Of a stretch of 64,000 bases of DNA, positions 62,088 to 64,000 are shown one piece after another (position 1 is the stretch's first letter; each line of letters starts with the position of its first letter). A program made the position numbers and the translations under genes. Source of the stretch: Vicugna vicugna (lineage: Eukaryota); the NCBI GenBank assembly GCA_013265495.1, contig MU058531.1:2480911-2544910 (forward strand), in the 5' to 3' direction. Under the pieces are notes generated by a model. It searched no databases. It saw only the letters and a program-made list of their open reading frames with translations, and was not told where the DNA came from.

Positions 62088-64000
62088 TTTCTTTAACAAG
62101 CAAAGGAAAAACTAATTGTTTTACTTATAAGTTGAATCTTTTAAAATTTAATTTAGGAGTTAGTTGATATGTTCCTGATTTTCTAGTCAGGTTATAAGGG
62201 TTGAAAGTATTTTGGTTTCAACTGTAGTATAACTCTCTAGGAAGTCCAAACTAATTTTCTTAACAGCCTTTAAATTACAATTAGTGATCTTTTTCAGAAA
62301 TGTTTTACCAAATAATTTAGTGTATCCTTGTGTTTAAATAGAGGAACAGTTATAATGAATTTTTTTTTCTGCATTTCTTTCCTTGCTCCTATTTCTTTAA
62401 AAATGAAATACAGTGAGTCAGTTCGTGCACATGTTTTCTAGTGATTATATTTGTCTGGATTATCAAGTAAGCAGAATCCTTAGTCCTTAGCAAAGTCCTT
62501 TCAAATGTTGACTTTAAAACACGTTCCTGCCTAGAACTGCTGCCTGAAATTTTTCCTTAATACAGCACAGCCACCGACTCCCTTAGATTCGTTTACCATT
62601 ATAGCCTGTGGAAAGTATTAATAAACTTCTAAAAATATAAAATACCCCTCCCCCAAATTTAATTTAAATGTGTCTTAACCTGGATAGTTTATGGGAAAAG
62701 TGGAACCTGTTCTTGATGTCACCTCAGAAAAGTAGATCAATCAACAAATTTCTAAATAGTAACAACAAAAAATAATAAATAACTTTTTGTTTTTTCCCTT
62801 TATTTTTCCTTAGTTCTTTTTTCAAAAAATTAGTGAAAATTTGAATCACTTTATCCAGAAAGCATATAATTATAATGGCTTTATTTGCCTATAATGTGAG
62901 TGGCTTCATCATCATCATTTTTATAATTTTTCTTCCTTCAGATAAATACTGTGTTTGTTTTCTCTCATGACTTCAAAATGTTTAGATTTTTGGTACCACT
63001 CCCCTTCTCAAATTTTGAGTTTTAATTGGCCATATTGCTTTTTAAACATCCAGGAAAATGTGAAATAACATCTTTATTTTATTTTAATAAAATTCTACAT
63101 AGTAAAAAGGGGAATTAAGTATAACATTGATTTTAAAGGTGGATTTACATTAGGATTTTAAAAGAATAGCCATTTCTTTTTTAAATCTAAAATTTCACAC
63201 AGTAGTTTTTGCTCTGTGAGTTTTGAAGGAGAGGAGTCTCTTGCTAATGGTTTTTAAAATTTTATTAGGTATCTCGATCCCTTCCTGCCTGCATTAGAGG
63301 CATCTCCAAAAAGCAAGAGAAATCACACGGAGCAGTCTGAGCACAGCAGATAGGAAATGTAGTAGAGAATAGGAACAGTCAGACACCAAATTTTCTTTGC
63401 CTTGTGATAGAACAAGTGAGTTGAGCATTGTGGGATGCTTACACAGTTCTGAGCTGTAAGACTCCCTTATCCAACTCCTTTCTAGAATTGCAGAGATTCA
63501 GTGAAGGTAGTGAGACATGAAATTGAGGGGGCTGATGATGGACACTCAGGCAAAATGCAAAGTGGTAATAATAAACACTTTTAGATTGCTTTGGAAAATC
63601 AGTATATAAGCGGTATCGTTGATGTGTGTTATGGTCTAGTTCCACAGGCCATAACCATTTGCTGCCTTGGGTATCTACCCATAATGCTGTTAAGGAGGTT
63701 AGAGAGATTTATTACTGCCATGGCTAATTACTGCACTTTAAATAAGACCCCCTCCCTTTCCATTTCACTACTATCTCATGTTTTAAAAAATAATTCTGTG
63801 AATGTTTAATACCCAGTTGTTTTCTCCCTTACATACAAAGAACCACAGTAAATTAAGTTAACAGGCAATTTGAATAGCTTAAGATTCTATATATTAATTG
63901 TCTCCATAGTGTTCACTTAGTAAATATTTATTGAGCATAACTAAATACCCAAATAGTGTACCCAGTAGGTGCAAGGAAACTATTTTTGAGTACCTACTGG

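Noticed and set aside
50256..64000. Search for the next EXOC6 exon (DARHAAEGEIY...)
   Set aside because: Not found by eye; most simply explained by a long intron 17 running past the window end, not by gene truncation.

Overview
AT-rich mammalian genomic DNA holding the internal part of EXOC6 (exocyst subunit SEC15A/SEC15L1) on the + strand. I traced 16 consecutive GT-AG coding exons (exons 2-17 by human numbering, recalled from memory) between 1614 and 50255. They splice in frame to 1669 nt (1 nt + 556 codons, SVYDDQPNAHKK...RLYGLSTFK) with no internal stop. Exon 1 and exons 18 onward lie outside the window. The introns are mostly retro/DNA-transposon relics (L1, L2, MIR, MaLR/ERVL LTRs, MER/Tigger) plus seven younger tRNA-derived SINEs and one young L1 3' end that resemble camelid repeats. 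Species and repeat family names are recognised by eye, not searched. Most ORFs in the supplied track are chance ORFs or L1 debris. I found no evidence of a new multi-gene system. The most interesting items are local: a SINE split by an AT patchwork plus a 51-bp copy of a nearby MIR (probable templated repair scar), a SINE whose target-site duplication overlaps the exon 14 splice donor, a ~730-bp inversion revealed by nested L1s, inverted SINE pairs, a candidate NF-E2/GATA/ETS enhancer, a CTCF motif and a perfect 13-bp hairpin.
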